Source of the DNA: Campylobacterales bacterium
GTDB lineage: Bacteria; Campylobacterota; Campylobacteria; Campylobacterales; QNZT01
Assembly: GCA_027068765.1 (NCBI GenBank)
Contig: JAMOMC010000112.1
Coordinates: forward strand, 1 to 62,755
DNA: 62,755 bases
Direction of reading: 5' to 3'
Shown piece after piece: positions 1 through 9,182 of the stretch (within the stretch, counting starts at the first letter, position 1; every line of letters starts with the position of its first letter). Both the position numbers and the translations under genes were made by a program. The notes under the pieces are model-generated. The model was not told the origin of the DNA, ran no database searches, and saw nothing but the letters and a program-made list of their open reading frames with translations.

Positions 1-2
1 AA

Positions 3-2138
3 AAAGAACTTTATCTTCAAGAAAAAGAGCAACAAAATATAGCTTTAGAAAACAAAGTTGCTACTTTGGTTGAGATGGTAGAGTCTATGCGTATTAAAAA
101 TCGTGTTAAGAGAGTTATAAAAAAGATACTCCCTTTAAATAATCACCAAGCTAAAGAGGTCGCTAAAAAAACTATAAAATTATTAGCAGGTGAGAAAAAT
201 TATACAAAATTAAAAAATATCTATAGCCAAAAACAGATGAATATAAGCACTCATATGAAATTAGCAAGAGAGATAAATTTTGAATTAGATAGGGTGCTAT
301 ATGTTTTTCCTGTGATAGATTGGAATTTTCGTATCCAAAGACCACAGCATATCGCTTCACAATTTAGAAATGATGGATATAAAGTTATCTACTTTAGTAC
401 AACTTTTCATATCTCTAAAAATCCAGGGTATTTTTTGAGTGAGATTGAAGAAGGTATTTTAAATGTAACACTTTTTTTGGATGAAAATAAAAATATTTAT
501 AAAGATGCTTTAAATCAAAAGAGTATTGATTTTTTATTATTAAGTATGCTAAAACTAGAAAAAGAGTTGTTTATAAATAGAAGAATTTCAATTATAGACC
601 ATCCATTTTGGTTTGATATAGCATATAAGCTTAGTGGTGCATTTACCATTTATGATTGTATGGATTATCATGCAGGCTTTGGCGATGATTCAAAGTATTT
701 AATTGAGCTTGAAAATGTGGCTATGGCAAAAAGTGATTTATTAATTTTATCTTCGCAAGATTTATATGAGCGATTTTCTAAAAAAAATAAAAATGCTATA
801 TTGGTTAGAAATGGATGTGAATTTAGTTACTTTAATACTAAAACTCAATTAGTGCATAATAATACAAAAAAACAAATAGGCTATTATGGTGCGATATCAA
901 GTTGGTTTGATGCTGATTTGGTAATAGAGTTGGCAAAATATTATTCAGATTATGATTTTATACTTATTGGTGCAATGCATGGATGTGATAATGTCCAAGG
1001 TTTAAAAGCAATGGATAATATTACTTTGGTTGGGGAGATACCGTATCTTGAATTGACAAAATATTTGTATAGTTTTGATGTTTGTATTATGCCTTTTAAA
1101 GTTAATGAGCTTACATATGCAACGAACCCTGTTAAAGTATATGAGTATTTAGCTTCTGGAAAGCCTGTTGTTAGTACCTTATTGCCTGAAGTAGTGATGA
1201 TGGGTAATGTTGTATATACTGCTAAAGATTTAAAAGAGTTTATCAAAAAAATTAAAGATGCTATAGAAAATGATTCAAAAATCAAACAACAAGCAAGAAT
1301 TAACTTCTCAAAATCAAATGATTGGCAAAGCCGCTATAAAATGATCGCTCAAAAAATAGATGAAGTGAAAATAAACTTGCCTAAAGTATCGATAGTGATT
1401 GTAACTTACAATAATCTTGATTTTACTAAAAATTGTTTAGAAAGTATGGAGCGATTTAATAACTATGAAAACTGTGAAGTCATCATAGTTGATAACTTAT
1501 CTAGTGATGGTACTAGGGAGTATTTAACAAAATATGAACAGAGTAGAGACAATATAAAAGTAATTTTACATGATGAAAATTCAGGATTTGCAGGTGGTAA
1601 TAATATTGGTATAAAAGCTTCAAGTGGTGATTATGTTATTTTGTTAAATAATGACACTTATGTTACACCAAATTGGATTGTAAATTTGTTAAAATATTTT
1701 AATGATGACAAAATAGCAATGGTTGGACCTAGAACAAATAATATTGGAAATGAATCAAAAATAGATATCAAATATGATAGTTTAGATGAGATGATTGTAA
1801 AGTCATATGATATATATTATAAAAATGTTTTAAAGCAGTATGAAATGAAGGTATTGGCATTTTTTTGTGTTGCAATCAAGAGAGAAGTTATTGATGAAAT
1901 TGGTCTTTTGGATGAGATATATACTATTGGTATGTTTGAAGATGATGATTATTGTAAAAAAATAAAAAGTGCTGGATATAGATTGGTTTGTGCGGATGAT
2001 GTTTTTATTCATCATCATTTGGGTGCCTCTTTTGATAAAGATCCAGAGTGGAAAGAGAAGCTTTTTAAGAAGAATAAGGCTATTTTTGAGAGCCGGTATG
2101 GTGAGTGGATACCGCATAAATATAGAATGGAAAATTAA
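3..2138 (+). CDS. Multi-domain glycosyltransferase (coiled coil + GT-B/GT4-like + GT2), 5'-truncated by the window edge
   Basis: Frame is open from base 3 (KELYLQEKEQQNIALENKVATL) into the 66..2138 ORF; GT-B motifs QRPQH, YDCMD, NPVKVYEYLASGKPVV; GT2 motifs VSIVIVTYN, VDNLSSDGT, GFAGGNN, LLNND, FEDDD. Confidence 0.9.
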   Translation, partial: KELYLQEKEQQNIALENKVATLVEMVESMRIKNRVKRVIKKILPLNNHQAKEVAKKTIKLLAGEKNYTKLKNIYSQKQMNISTHMKLAREINFELDRVLYVFPVIDWNFRIQRPQHIASQFRNDGYKVIYFSTTFHISKNPGYFLSEIEEGILNVTLFLDENKNIYKDALNQKSIDFLLLSMLKLEKELFINRRISIIDHPFWFDIAYKLSGAFTIYDCMDYHAGFGDDSKYLIELENVAMAKSDLLILSSQDLYERFSKKNKNAILVRNGCEFSYFNTKTQLVHNNTKKQIGYYGAISSWFDADLVIELAKYYSDYDFILIGAMHGCDNVQGLKAMDNITLVGEIPYLELTKYLYSFDVCIMPFKVNELTYATNPVKVYEYLASGKPVVSTLLPEVVMMGNVVYTAKDLKEFIKKIKDAIENDSKIKQQARINFSKSNDWQSRYKMIAQKIDEVKINLPKVSIVIVTYNNLDFTKNCLESMERFNNYENCEVIIVDNLSSDGTREYLTKYEQSRDNIKVILHDENSGFAGGNNIGIKASSGDYVILLNNDTYVTPNWIVNLLKYFNDDKIAMVGPRTNNIGNESKIDIKYDSLDEMIVKSYDIYYKNVLKQYEMKVLAFFCVAIKREVIDEIGLLDEIYTIGMFEDDDYCKKIKSAGYRLVCADDVFIHHHLGASFDKDPEWKEKLFKKNKAIFESRYGEWIPHKYRMEN

Positions 2139-3515
2139 ATGATTCGTTATACATATTTTAAATTATTTTTTATCGTACTTTTTTCAATAAATGTACTTAT
2201 GTATACATATACAACTGCGGGATCTTTTGTAAGATCAGATGGCTGGAGATTTATTGATATATACTTAATACCATGGTTTGAAAATAAATTTGAATTTTTT
2301 ATGTTATGGTTTGATCATCACCCTCAGCCATTAACTGCATTAGCATTTATAGTTAATGCAGAGGTTTTTTCATTAAATATGACATATGAGGCTTTGTTTG
2401 GAGTATTTTTTCAAGTTTTGATGTCGATAATATTGTTAAAAATCTATATTAAAAGTATTGAAAAACAAAATTTATTTACAACCTTTTTATTTATTGTGCT
2501 TTTAAGTATTTTGTTTAGTTTAAATAGTAGTGTTAAATATGATTGGTCATTAGTGGCACTTTCTAATATTGCATTGTTTTTATTTTTTGTATTACTTTAT
2601 CTGTTTGATAAATCAGAGAAATGGAATATATCAGCTTTTATTGGTTTCTTTTTAGCAACGCTTTTTTTATCTCTTATTTATATTGATATTTCAAAAATTG
2701 TAATTGCTACTTTATTGGTTATTGGTTTTTTAGCTTTAGTAATTAATAAAAAATTGAATTCAAGTTATATGAGGATTATATTATTATTGTTTATTATTCT
2801 TGTTCTTCAAAAACTTTTTTTAAGTTTTATTGGATTTCAAACAGAATATAAAGAGAGTTTATTGATAGGTCTATATGATATATTTTATAACGATTTTGTA
2901 GGTTTCTTAAAAAGCTTTTCAATTGGAATAGCAAATGGAGTATTAAATTATAATTTTTTAAAAGAGCTAGGGTTTAACGATAAAAGTATTGAATTACTAG
3001 CATTTGGTATTATGTTATTGTATATTTTTACTGTATATCAATTTTTTAATAAAAAATATTGGAGATATACATGGGCTCCATTGTCCTTAATTACTTTTTC
3101 TGTTTTGTTTTGTATAGCGGTTATAGTTTATAGATATCCGCCTGGGGATTTTTCTCCTTATATGGTCGCTTCGCCAAGAAATACTAAATTTTTTGAATTA
3201 GGTGGTATTGGTGTAGTATGGATTATAGGAATGTATATATATTTTGAATCAAAAAATTCTATTAAGTATTTTTATATGGCTATTTTATTGATTTTGCTCT
3301 CTTTGCAAGTTTATTATGTTCAAAAACAGTGGATTTTTGGTTTATATTTAAATAAGATAAATTCTCAACAGGTAAAATTGATTCAAAATTATGAAGAAAA
3401 TTTGAGTAAACGACCAGCAGATTGGATTATTGGAGGAGGGGGGTTTTCTGTGGAAGATATTAATTTTTTAAAAAGTATGAAGTTGAATGTTTTTGCAGAT
3501 AAATACAGAGAATGA
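2139..3515 (+). CDS. Polytopic membrane protein, probable GT-C-fold (GtrC/ArnT-like) lipid-linked sugar transferase
   Basis: About 11-12 hydrophobic segments; periplasmic RSDGW and DHHPQ motifs after TM1; adjacent to a GtrB/ArnC-like gene. Confidence 0.6.
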   Translation: MIRYTYFKLFFIVLFSINVLMYTYTTAGSFVRSDGWRFIDIYLIPWFENKFEFFMLWFDHHPQPLTALAFIVNAEVFSLNMTYEALFGVFFQVLMSIILLKIYIKSIEKQNLFTTFLFIVLLSILFSLNSSVKYDWSLVALSNIALFLFFVLLYLFDKSEKWNISAFIGFFLATLFLSLIYIDISKIVIATLLVIGFLALVINKKLNSSYMRIILLLFIILVLQKLFLSFIGFQTEYKESLLIGLYDIFYNDFVGFLKSFSIGIANGVLNYNFLKELGFNDKSIELLAFGIMLLYIFTVYQFFNKKYWRYTWAPLSLITFSVLFCIAVIVYRYPPGDFSPYMVASPRNTKFFELGGIGVVWIIGMYIYFESKNSIKYFYMAILLILLSLQVYYVQKQWIFGLYLNKINSQQVKLIQNYEENLSKRPADWIIGGGGFSVEDINFLKSMKLNVFADKYRE

Positions 3516-3545
3516 TATATATATTCAAAAAATTAGGAACAAAAT

Positions 3546-4472
3546 GTGAGAAATAAAGTTTTAATTTCAATAATTATCCCCGTATACGGTTGTTGTAAAA
3601 GTTTAAGATTATTATATGAAAGATTAGAAAAAACTCTATCAACTATAACTGAAAATTTTGAAATCATCATGATAAATGATGCTAGTCCAGATAACTCATG
3701 GAGTGTAATTCAAGAGTTATCTAAAAAAGATAAAAGGGTTAAGGGAATTAATTTTTCAAGAAACTTTGGACAACATTATGCTATTACAGCTGGTATAGAT
3801 TATGCACAAGGTGACTGGGTTGTTGTTATGGATTGTGATTTGCAAGATCAGCCAGAGGAGATTATTAAACTATATAACAAAGCCCAAGAGGGTTATGATG
3901 TAGTGTTAGCACAGAGAATAGAAAGGGAAGATAGTTTTTTTAAAAAAATTGGTTCAAAGATTTTTTATAAGGTTTTAAGTTATTTAACTGGCACAGAACA
4001 AGATGCATCTATAGCTAATTTTGGTATTTATCATAAGAAAGTTATTAATGCTGTAAAAGACATGAATGATTATCTTAAATATTTTCCTGTTATGGTTAGA
4101 TGGGTTGGCTTTAAGTTGGCTGTGATGCCTGTTAAACATTCTAAACGCTATGAAGGTGAATCATCTTATTCTTTGTTTAAACTCCTTTCGTTATCGATTG
4201 ATGTCATGTTGTCTTTTTCAGACAAACCATTAAAAATAGTTGTTAAATTAGGTTTTTTCATTTCTTTGACTTCACTATTAATTTCAGTAATTCTTTTTAT
4301 GTTGGCTTTGTTAAATTACTATACAGTACCAGGCTGGGCTAGTACTATGATAACTTTATGGTTGCTTAGTGGCTTAATAATGATGATACAAGGTATTGTA
4401 GGTATATATGTTGGAAAAACATTTGATCAAACAAAAAATAGACCTACATATATAATTAAAGAGATAATATGA
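3546..4472 (+). CDS. GT2 undecaprenyl-phosphate glycosyltransferase (GtrB/ArnC/DPM1-like)
   Basis: SRNFGQHYA, MDCDLQD.PE, two C-terminal TM helices, RPTYII tail. Confidence 0.9.
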   Translation: MRNKVLISIIIPVYGCCKSLRLLYERLEKTLSTITENFEIIMINDASPDNSWSVIQELSKKDKRVKGINFSRNFGQHYAITAGIDYAQGDWVVVMDCDLQDQPEEIIKLYNKAQEGYDVVLAQRIEREDSFFKKIGSKIFYKVLSYLTGTEQDASIANFGIYHKKVINAVKDMNDYLKYFPVMVRWVGFKLAVMPVKHSKRYEGESSYSLFKLLSLSIDVMLSFSDKPLKIVVKLGFFISLTSLLISVILFMLALLNYYTVPGWASTMITLWLLSGLIMMIQGIVGIYVGKTFDQTKNRPTYIIKEII

Positions 4473-5350
4473 AAATAATTTTGTATTTAATGAATGAAAA
4501 AGGTAAAAAAACTCTAGAAGCAGTTATTGAAAAGTATTCAAATAGACTAATATTACATGTTGTAGGGAGTAAAGATAAAAGTGTTAAAGATGACTATTAC
4601 AATGATATACAAGAATTATGCATAAAAAATCATATAAAGTTTTTTGATCGAAAAAATATTTCTGAAAATTATCAAAAGAAAAAGAATATATATAAAATTG
4701 TTGTAGGATGGCGTTGGATAATTGATGATAGTCATAATTTAATAATTTTACATGACTCACTTTTACCGAAATATAGAGGGTTTGCACCTCTTGTGAATGC
4801 CTTAATTAATAAGGAAAAGAAAGTAGGTGTAACTGCTATTTTTGCTGATAAAAAGTTTGATTGTGGAGATATTCTTTCTCAAAAGGAAATAAAAATTAAT
4901 TATCCTATTACAATACAAAAAGTAATAGAAAAAATATCAATTTTATATGTGCAGATAGTATTAGAATTATTGGAACTTATTGAAAATAATACTTTAATCG
5001 TTAAATCACAAAATGAAAAAAAAGCTACATATAGTATATGGCGAGACAGTAATGATTATTGTATTAATTGGGATCAGAAATCTTCTAAAATTGAGCGTTT
5101 TATAAATGCTGTAGGATATCCATATTTAGGAGCATCTTCAGTAATGGAAAATAAATTAGTAAGGGTATTAAAAGTTAGTCAATATCCTGATGTAAAATTG
5201 GAAATACGAGATATTGGAAAGGTATTATTTATAGATCGTGGACATCCGATAGTTGTATGTAAAAAAGGTTTGCTAAAAATAGAAGAGCTTATTGATAATG
5301 ATGGAAATGATTTATTGCCATTAAAAAAATTTAGAGTAAGGTTCCAATAA
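4469..5350 (+). CDS. Sugar-nucleotide N-formyltransferase (Fmt/ArnA-N family)
   Basis: HDSLLPKYRGFAP formyltransferase motif, GVTA...FDCGDI, PYLGA. Confidence 0.85.
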   Translation: MKIILYLMNEKGKKTLEAVIEKYSNRLILHVVGSKDKSVKDDYYNDIQELCIKNHIKFFDRKNISENYQKKKNIYKIVVGWRWIIDDSHNLIILHDSLLPKYRGFAPLVNALINKEKKVGVTAIFADKKFDCGDILSQKEIKINYPITIQKVIEKISILYVQIVLELLELIENNTLIVKSQNEKKATYSIWRDSNDYCINWDQKSSKIERFINAVGYPYLGASSVMENKLVRVLKVSQYPDVKLEIRDIGKVLFIDRGHPIVVCKKGLLKIEELIDNDGNDLLPLKKFRVRFQ

Positions 5351-5715
5351 TGGGTTATTTTTATATCTTCGGAACTATATTTTTTACAGTATATGGACAG
5401 ATAGTTTTAAAGTGGAGAATCTCAGGAGTTGGTGAACTGCCTGTACTTGCTAGTGATAAGATTATGTTTTTAGCAAAGTTGTTATTTGATCCATGGATTT
5501 TTAGTGGGTTTCTCTCTGCATTTATAGCATCATTTTTTTGGATGGCTGCAATGACAAAGTTTGATTTGAGTTTTGCTTATCCGTTTATGAGTGGTGCATT
5601 TGTATTGGTATTTTTACTATCAGTATTTATATTTCATGAGCCTGTTACTTGGCAGAAGATAGTTGGTTTGTTGTTAATTGTCGCAGGGATAGTAGTTACA
5701 AGTAGGAGTATGTAA
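5350..5715 (+). CDS. EamA/SMR-type small transporter (ArnE/ArnF-like flippase)
   Basis: 121 aa, four TM helices, DLSFAYPFMS motif. Confidence 0.8.
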   Translation: MGYFYIFGTIFFTVYGQIVLKWRISGVGELPVLASDKIMFLAKLLFDPWIFSGFLSAFIASFFWMAAMTKFDLSFAYPFMSGAFVLVFLLSVFIFHEPVTWQKIVGLLLIVAGIVVTSRSM

Positions 5716-5716
5716 A

Positions 5717-6847
5717 ATGATACCATTTAATAAACCACCTCTAACTGGGAATGAACAGCAGTATGTTTTGCAAGCTATGCAAAGTAGTAAGATATCTGGT
5801 GATGGGCAATTTACACAAAAATGCCATCAATGGTTTGAAAAAGAATTAGGATGTAAAAAAGCATTATTAACCACATCATGTACACATGCTCTTGAGATGG
5901 CGGCTATTTTGATTGATATACAAGAGGGTGATGAAGTGATTATGCCTAGTTATACTTTTGTATCTACTGCAAATGCTTTTGTTCTTCGTGGTGCAAAAAT
6001 AGTATTTGTAGATATACGACCAGATACGATGAATATAGATGAAACATTAATAGAGCAATCTGTTACAGATAAAACAAAAGCTATAGTCCCCGTACATTAT
6101 GCAGGTGTAAGTTGTGAGATGGATCTTATAATGGATATTGCAAATAGGCATAATTTATTTGTCATTGAGGATGCAGCACAAGGAATGATGTCAACTTACA
6201 AAGGAAAACCACTTGGCACAATTGGTCATTTAGGCACTTTTAGTTTTCATGAAACTAAAAACTATACAAGTGGTGGAGAAGGCGGTCTTTTAATCATTAA
6301 TGATGAAAGGTTTATAGATAGAGCTGAAATCATAAGAGAAAAAGGGACAAATCGAAGTCTATTTTTTAGAGGCATGGTAGATAAGTATTCTTGGGTAGAT
6401 ATTGGAAGTAGTTATTTGCCAAATGAGTTAAGTGCTGCTTATCTTTGGGGGCAGCTGGAAAAGGCTGATGAGATAAATCAGGATAGATTAGAAACTTGGC
6501 AATATTATTATGAAAATTTAAAAGATTTAGAAGATAAAGGTTTTATTGTTCTTCCAAGTACTCCAAATGAATGTGTACATAATGCTCATATGTTTTATAT
6601 TAAAGTTAAGGATTTAAAAGAGAGAACTGATATTTTAAAGTTTTTGGTTGATAATGGTGTTTTGGCAGTATTTCATTATGTTCCTTTACATAGCAGTGAA
6701 GCTGGTTTGAAATTTGGGGAGCTTAGTAATAATAAATATACAACAAAAGAGAGTGAACGATTGATTAGATTGCCTATTTGGCATAAAATAACTCAAAAAG
6801 AGTGTCAGAATGTAATTGATGTTCTTCTTAAATTTTATGTTATTTAA
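5717..6847 (+). CDS. wecE: dTDP-4-amino-4,6-dideoxygalactose transaminase
   Basis: MIPFNKPP start, SCTHALEMAA, SFHETKN (PLP Lys), EKGTNRS.FFRG.VDKYSWVD.GSSY: hallmark RffA/WecE sequence. Confidence 0.92.
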   Translation: MIPFNKPPLTGNEQQYVLQAMQSSKISGDGQFTQKCHQWFEKELGCKKALLTTSCTHALEMAAILIDIQEGDEVIMPSYTFVSTANAFVLRGAKIVFVDIRPDTMNIDETLIEQSVTDKTKAIVPVHYAGVSCEMDLIMDIANRHNLFVIEDAAQGMMSTYKGKPLGTIGHLGTFSFHETKNYTSGGEGGLLIINDERFIDRAEIIREKGTNRSLFFRGMVDKYSWVDIGSSYLPNELSAAYLWGQLEKADEINQDRLETWQYYYENLKDLEDKGFIVLPSTPNECVHNAHMFYIKVKDLKERTDILKFLVDNGVLAVFHYVPLHSSEAGLKFGELSNNKYTTKESERLIRLPIWHKITQKECQNVIDVLLKFYVI

Positions 6848-6856
6848 GTAATAGAT

Positions 6857-8020
6857 TTGAATACAATATTAAAACGCTTTATTTCCAATCCCAAAGAGTT
6901 TATACAAAGAATATCACTAAAATATGCTTATAAAATTGTTCCGAATTTCTTAAACTTTAGAGCTTTAAGAGGTTTTTATACATCAAAATACTATAAAAAT
7001 TTTTATCAAAAGTTTGATGATTATTGCTTTGTTGTGCCTTTGGGGATACCTTATAATTATATGAAACAGCGACCACAGCATATAGCAACACATATGAGTA
7101 ATTACTTTCCCACTTTTTATTTTACAGGTGCACTGTTTGTAAATGATGATAATATAAAGGGTATTGATGAAATCAAAGATAATTTTTTTCTTATCAATGA
7201 TGGAATAAATGGAAATTCAATATTTGATCTGAAAAAGAAGATTATATATACATATTGGCCAATTGATCACTATTTTTACATCAAAGATGATGAAGAGTCA
7301 TTTTTGATATATGATTGTTTAGATGAGATAGACATAACCCCTAGATTCAATAGTGATACCATAGATAAACATGCATTTATGCTAAAGCGGGCAGATTTGA
7401 TTTTGGCTTCATCTGATAAGCTTTATGAAAAAATACCAGATATATATAAGCAAAAGTCACTGCTCATAACTAATGGTGTTAATGTTGAACACTTTAATAT
7501 AAATCATAATGAATTATATATAGAAAATAAAGAGTATACAGTTGGTTTTTATGGTGCTTTAGAGAAGTGGATAGATATTGATTTGATTGAAAAGATTGCA
7601 AAAGGAGATAATTTAAAAGTTAAATTGATTGGACCTATTGTTGATCCAGAGTTTAATAGATTAAAACAAAATCCACATATAGAGATGTTAGGTCATCAAC
7701 CCTATGAAAAGTTGCCAACTCTTACACATGATGTAGATATCTTTATATTGCCGTTTAAAGTTAATGAATTAACAAAAAGTGTCTCACCCGTAAAGTTGTA
7801 TGAATATTTTGCATCTGGTAAACCTGTTGTTTCTACCTCATTGCCAGAGTGTATGAAATATGATACTGTCTTTGTTATGGATAAAGATAATTGTGTTATA
7901 AAAATTGAAGAGGCAATAAGATGCTTAGGAGATAAAGAGTACATAGAAAAGTCTAAAAATTATGCAAAAGAGAATAGCTGGGATATAAAAGTTAAAGCAA
8001 TTGTTGATAAAATCATGTAA
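6857..8020 (+). CDS. GT-B glycosyltransferase (GT4/TuaH-like)
   Basis: KQRPQH, YDCLD, NGVN.EHF, SPVKLYEYFASGKPVV; paralogous to the GT-B module of the first gene. Confidence 0.85.
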   Translation: MNTILKRFISNPKEFIQRISLKYAYKIVPNFLNFRALRGFYTSKYYKNFYQKFDDYCFVVPLGIPYNYMKQRPQHIATHMSNYFPTFYFTGALFVNDDNIKGIDEIKDNFFLINDGINGNSIFDLKKKIIYTYWPIDHYFYIKDDEESFLIYDCLDEIDITPRFNSDTIDKHAFMLKRADLILASSDKLYEKIPDIYKQKSLLITNGVNVEHFNINHNELYIENKEYTVGFYGALEKWIDIDLIEKIAKGDNLKVKLIGPIVDPEFNRLKQNPHIEMLGHQPYEKLPTLTHDVDIFILPFKVNELTKSVSPVKLYEYFASGKPVVSTSLPECMKYDTVFVMDKDNCVIKIEEAIRCLGDKEYIEKSKNYAKENSWDIKVKAIVDKIM

Positions 8021-8198
8021 TTATCAGAAATATTGCCATCAATATTCTTAGAAGAATGAAATTTATTAATTTCGTAACAAGCTATTTATATGATATATTG
8101 TAAATCTGTTTTTGAGTGCTTAAATATTTCAAAACTTTAGTTCTTACAAGTGTTAAAATGGCAGATATATATCCAAATGCTAAAGCAGAAGATTCAAA

Positions 8199-9182
8199 TT
8201 AATCTACTACTATTTTCTCATAATTACTAAAAATTTCATTTTTCTCATTAAAAAACTCCAAAATCATTTTCACATATCTATCATGAGGGTTTTTTTCACC
8301 TGAAATTTCAAAACTTTTTTTGATGTTTAAACCGTGAGTATTAAAAACCGTAGTAAAAGGAACAGGAAAATCAGTACCAAAAAGAAGCTTATTATGTATC
8401 TGTTTTTGCTCACTCAAATGTTTTAAAACTTTAGCTCTTGTGGGTGTAAGAAGAGCAGATATATCTGCATATAAGTTATCATAATTCTCTAGCATCTTCA
8501 AAAGTTGAAAATACTCATGGTTGAAATTTTTAGGATTTTTTGAAAGTGCTTTAAAGATTTTTAAACTCTCATAACTTAGAGCCATATGAGCACAGATTGT
8601 GTTCACCCCAACTTCAAGGGGATGAGAGAGCATCTCTATACTTTCACACTCTTTGTATGAGTGAACTGAACTCTCACTTCCGATATGAACAATTAATGGC
8701 AGACTTTTTTCTTTTAGTTTTTCAAAGTAGGGTAAAAATCTCTTCTCTCTTGTGTCAACTCCCCAGTAATTTTGTAAAAACTTAGCTCCCTTAAAACCTA
8801 AATCGTGGTATTTGTCTATCAAATCTAATGCATCTGGGCGATTTGGATTGATTGAGAAAAAAGGGATTATTATATCTTGGTTTTTAAGATATAACTCTAA
8901 TAAGTCATCGTTTGTGGCACAGACGGTTATATCTTTGTGGAGAGTATTACCTTTTTTATCTACCCTTGCATCTACTCCAAAAATTACAGATTTTTTGATA
9001 TATCTTGACTCTCTTATATTTTTTACTAATCCTTGTGTGTATGCTAGATATGGATTTTTTATAAGCTCTTTTGCACTTATTCCAAGCTTAGATGCAAAAA
9101 AGATGATAGCTAAACGATCGTAAATTCTATCAAATTTTACATCTTTATTTAGAAGATGAGCATGTACATCAACCGTCTGCAC
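8199..9182 (-). CDS. Amidohydrolase_2 family metal-dependent hydrolase
   Basis: DVHAH, VHIG, CAHMA, LFGTDFP metal-ligand motifs. Confidence 0.85.
   Translation of the reverse strand: MQTVDVHAHLLNKDVKFDRIYDRLAIIFFASKLGISAKELIKNPYLAYTQGLVKNIRESRYIKKSVIFGVDARVDKKGNTLHKDITVCATNDDLLELYLKNQDIIIPFFSINPNRPDALDLIDKYHDLGFKGAKFLQNYWGVDTREKRFLPYFEKLKEKSLPLIVHIGSESSVHSYKECESIEMLSHPLEVGVNTICAHMALSYESLKIFKALSKNPKNFNHEYFQLLKMLENYDNLYADISALLTPTRAKVLKHLSEQKQIHNKLLFGTDFPVPFTTVFNTHGLNIKKSFEISGEKNPHDRYVKMILEFFNEKNEIFSNYEKIVVD

Noticed and set aside
3438-3443. G run in the GT-C-like gene as a phase-variation tract
   Set aside because: Only six G; Campylobacter contingency tracts are typically longer
8021-8198. 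Possible gene remnant between the glycan locus and the amidohydrolase
   Set aside because: Only short interrupted frames with no recognisable motif
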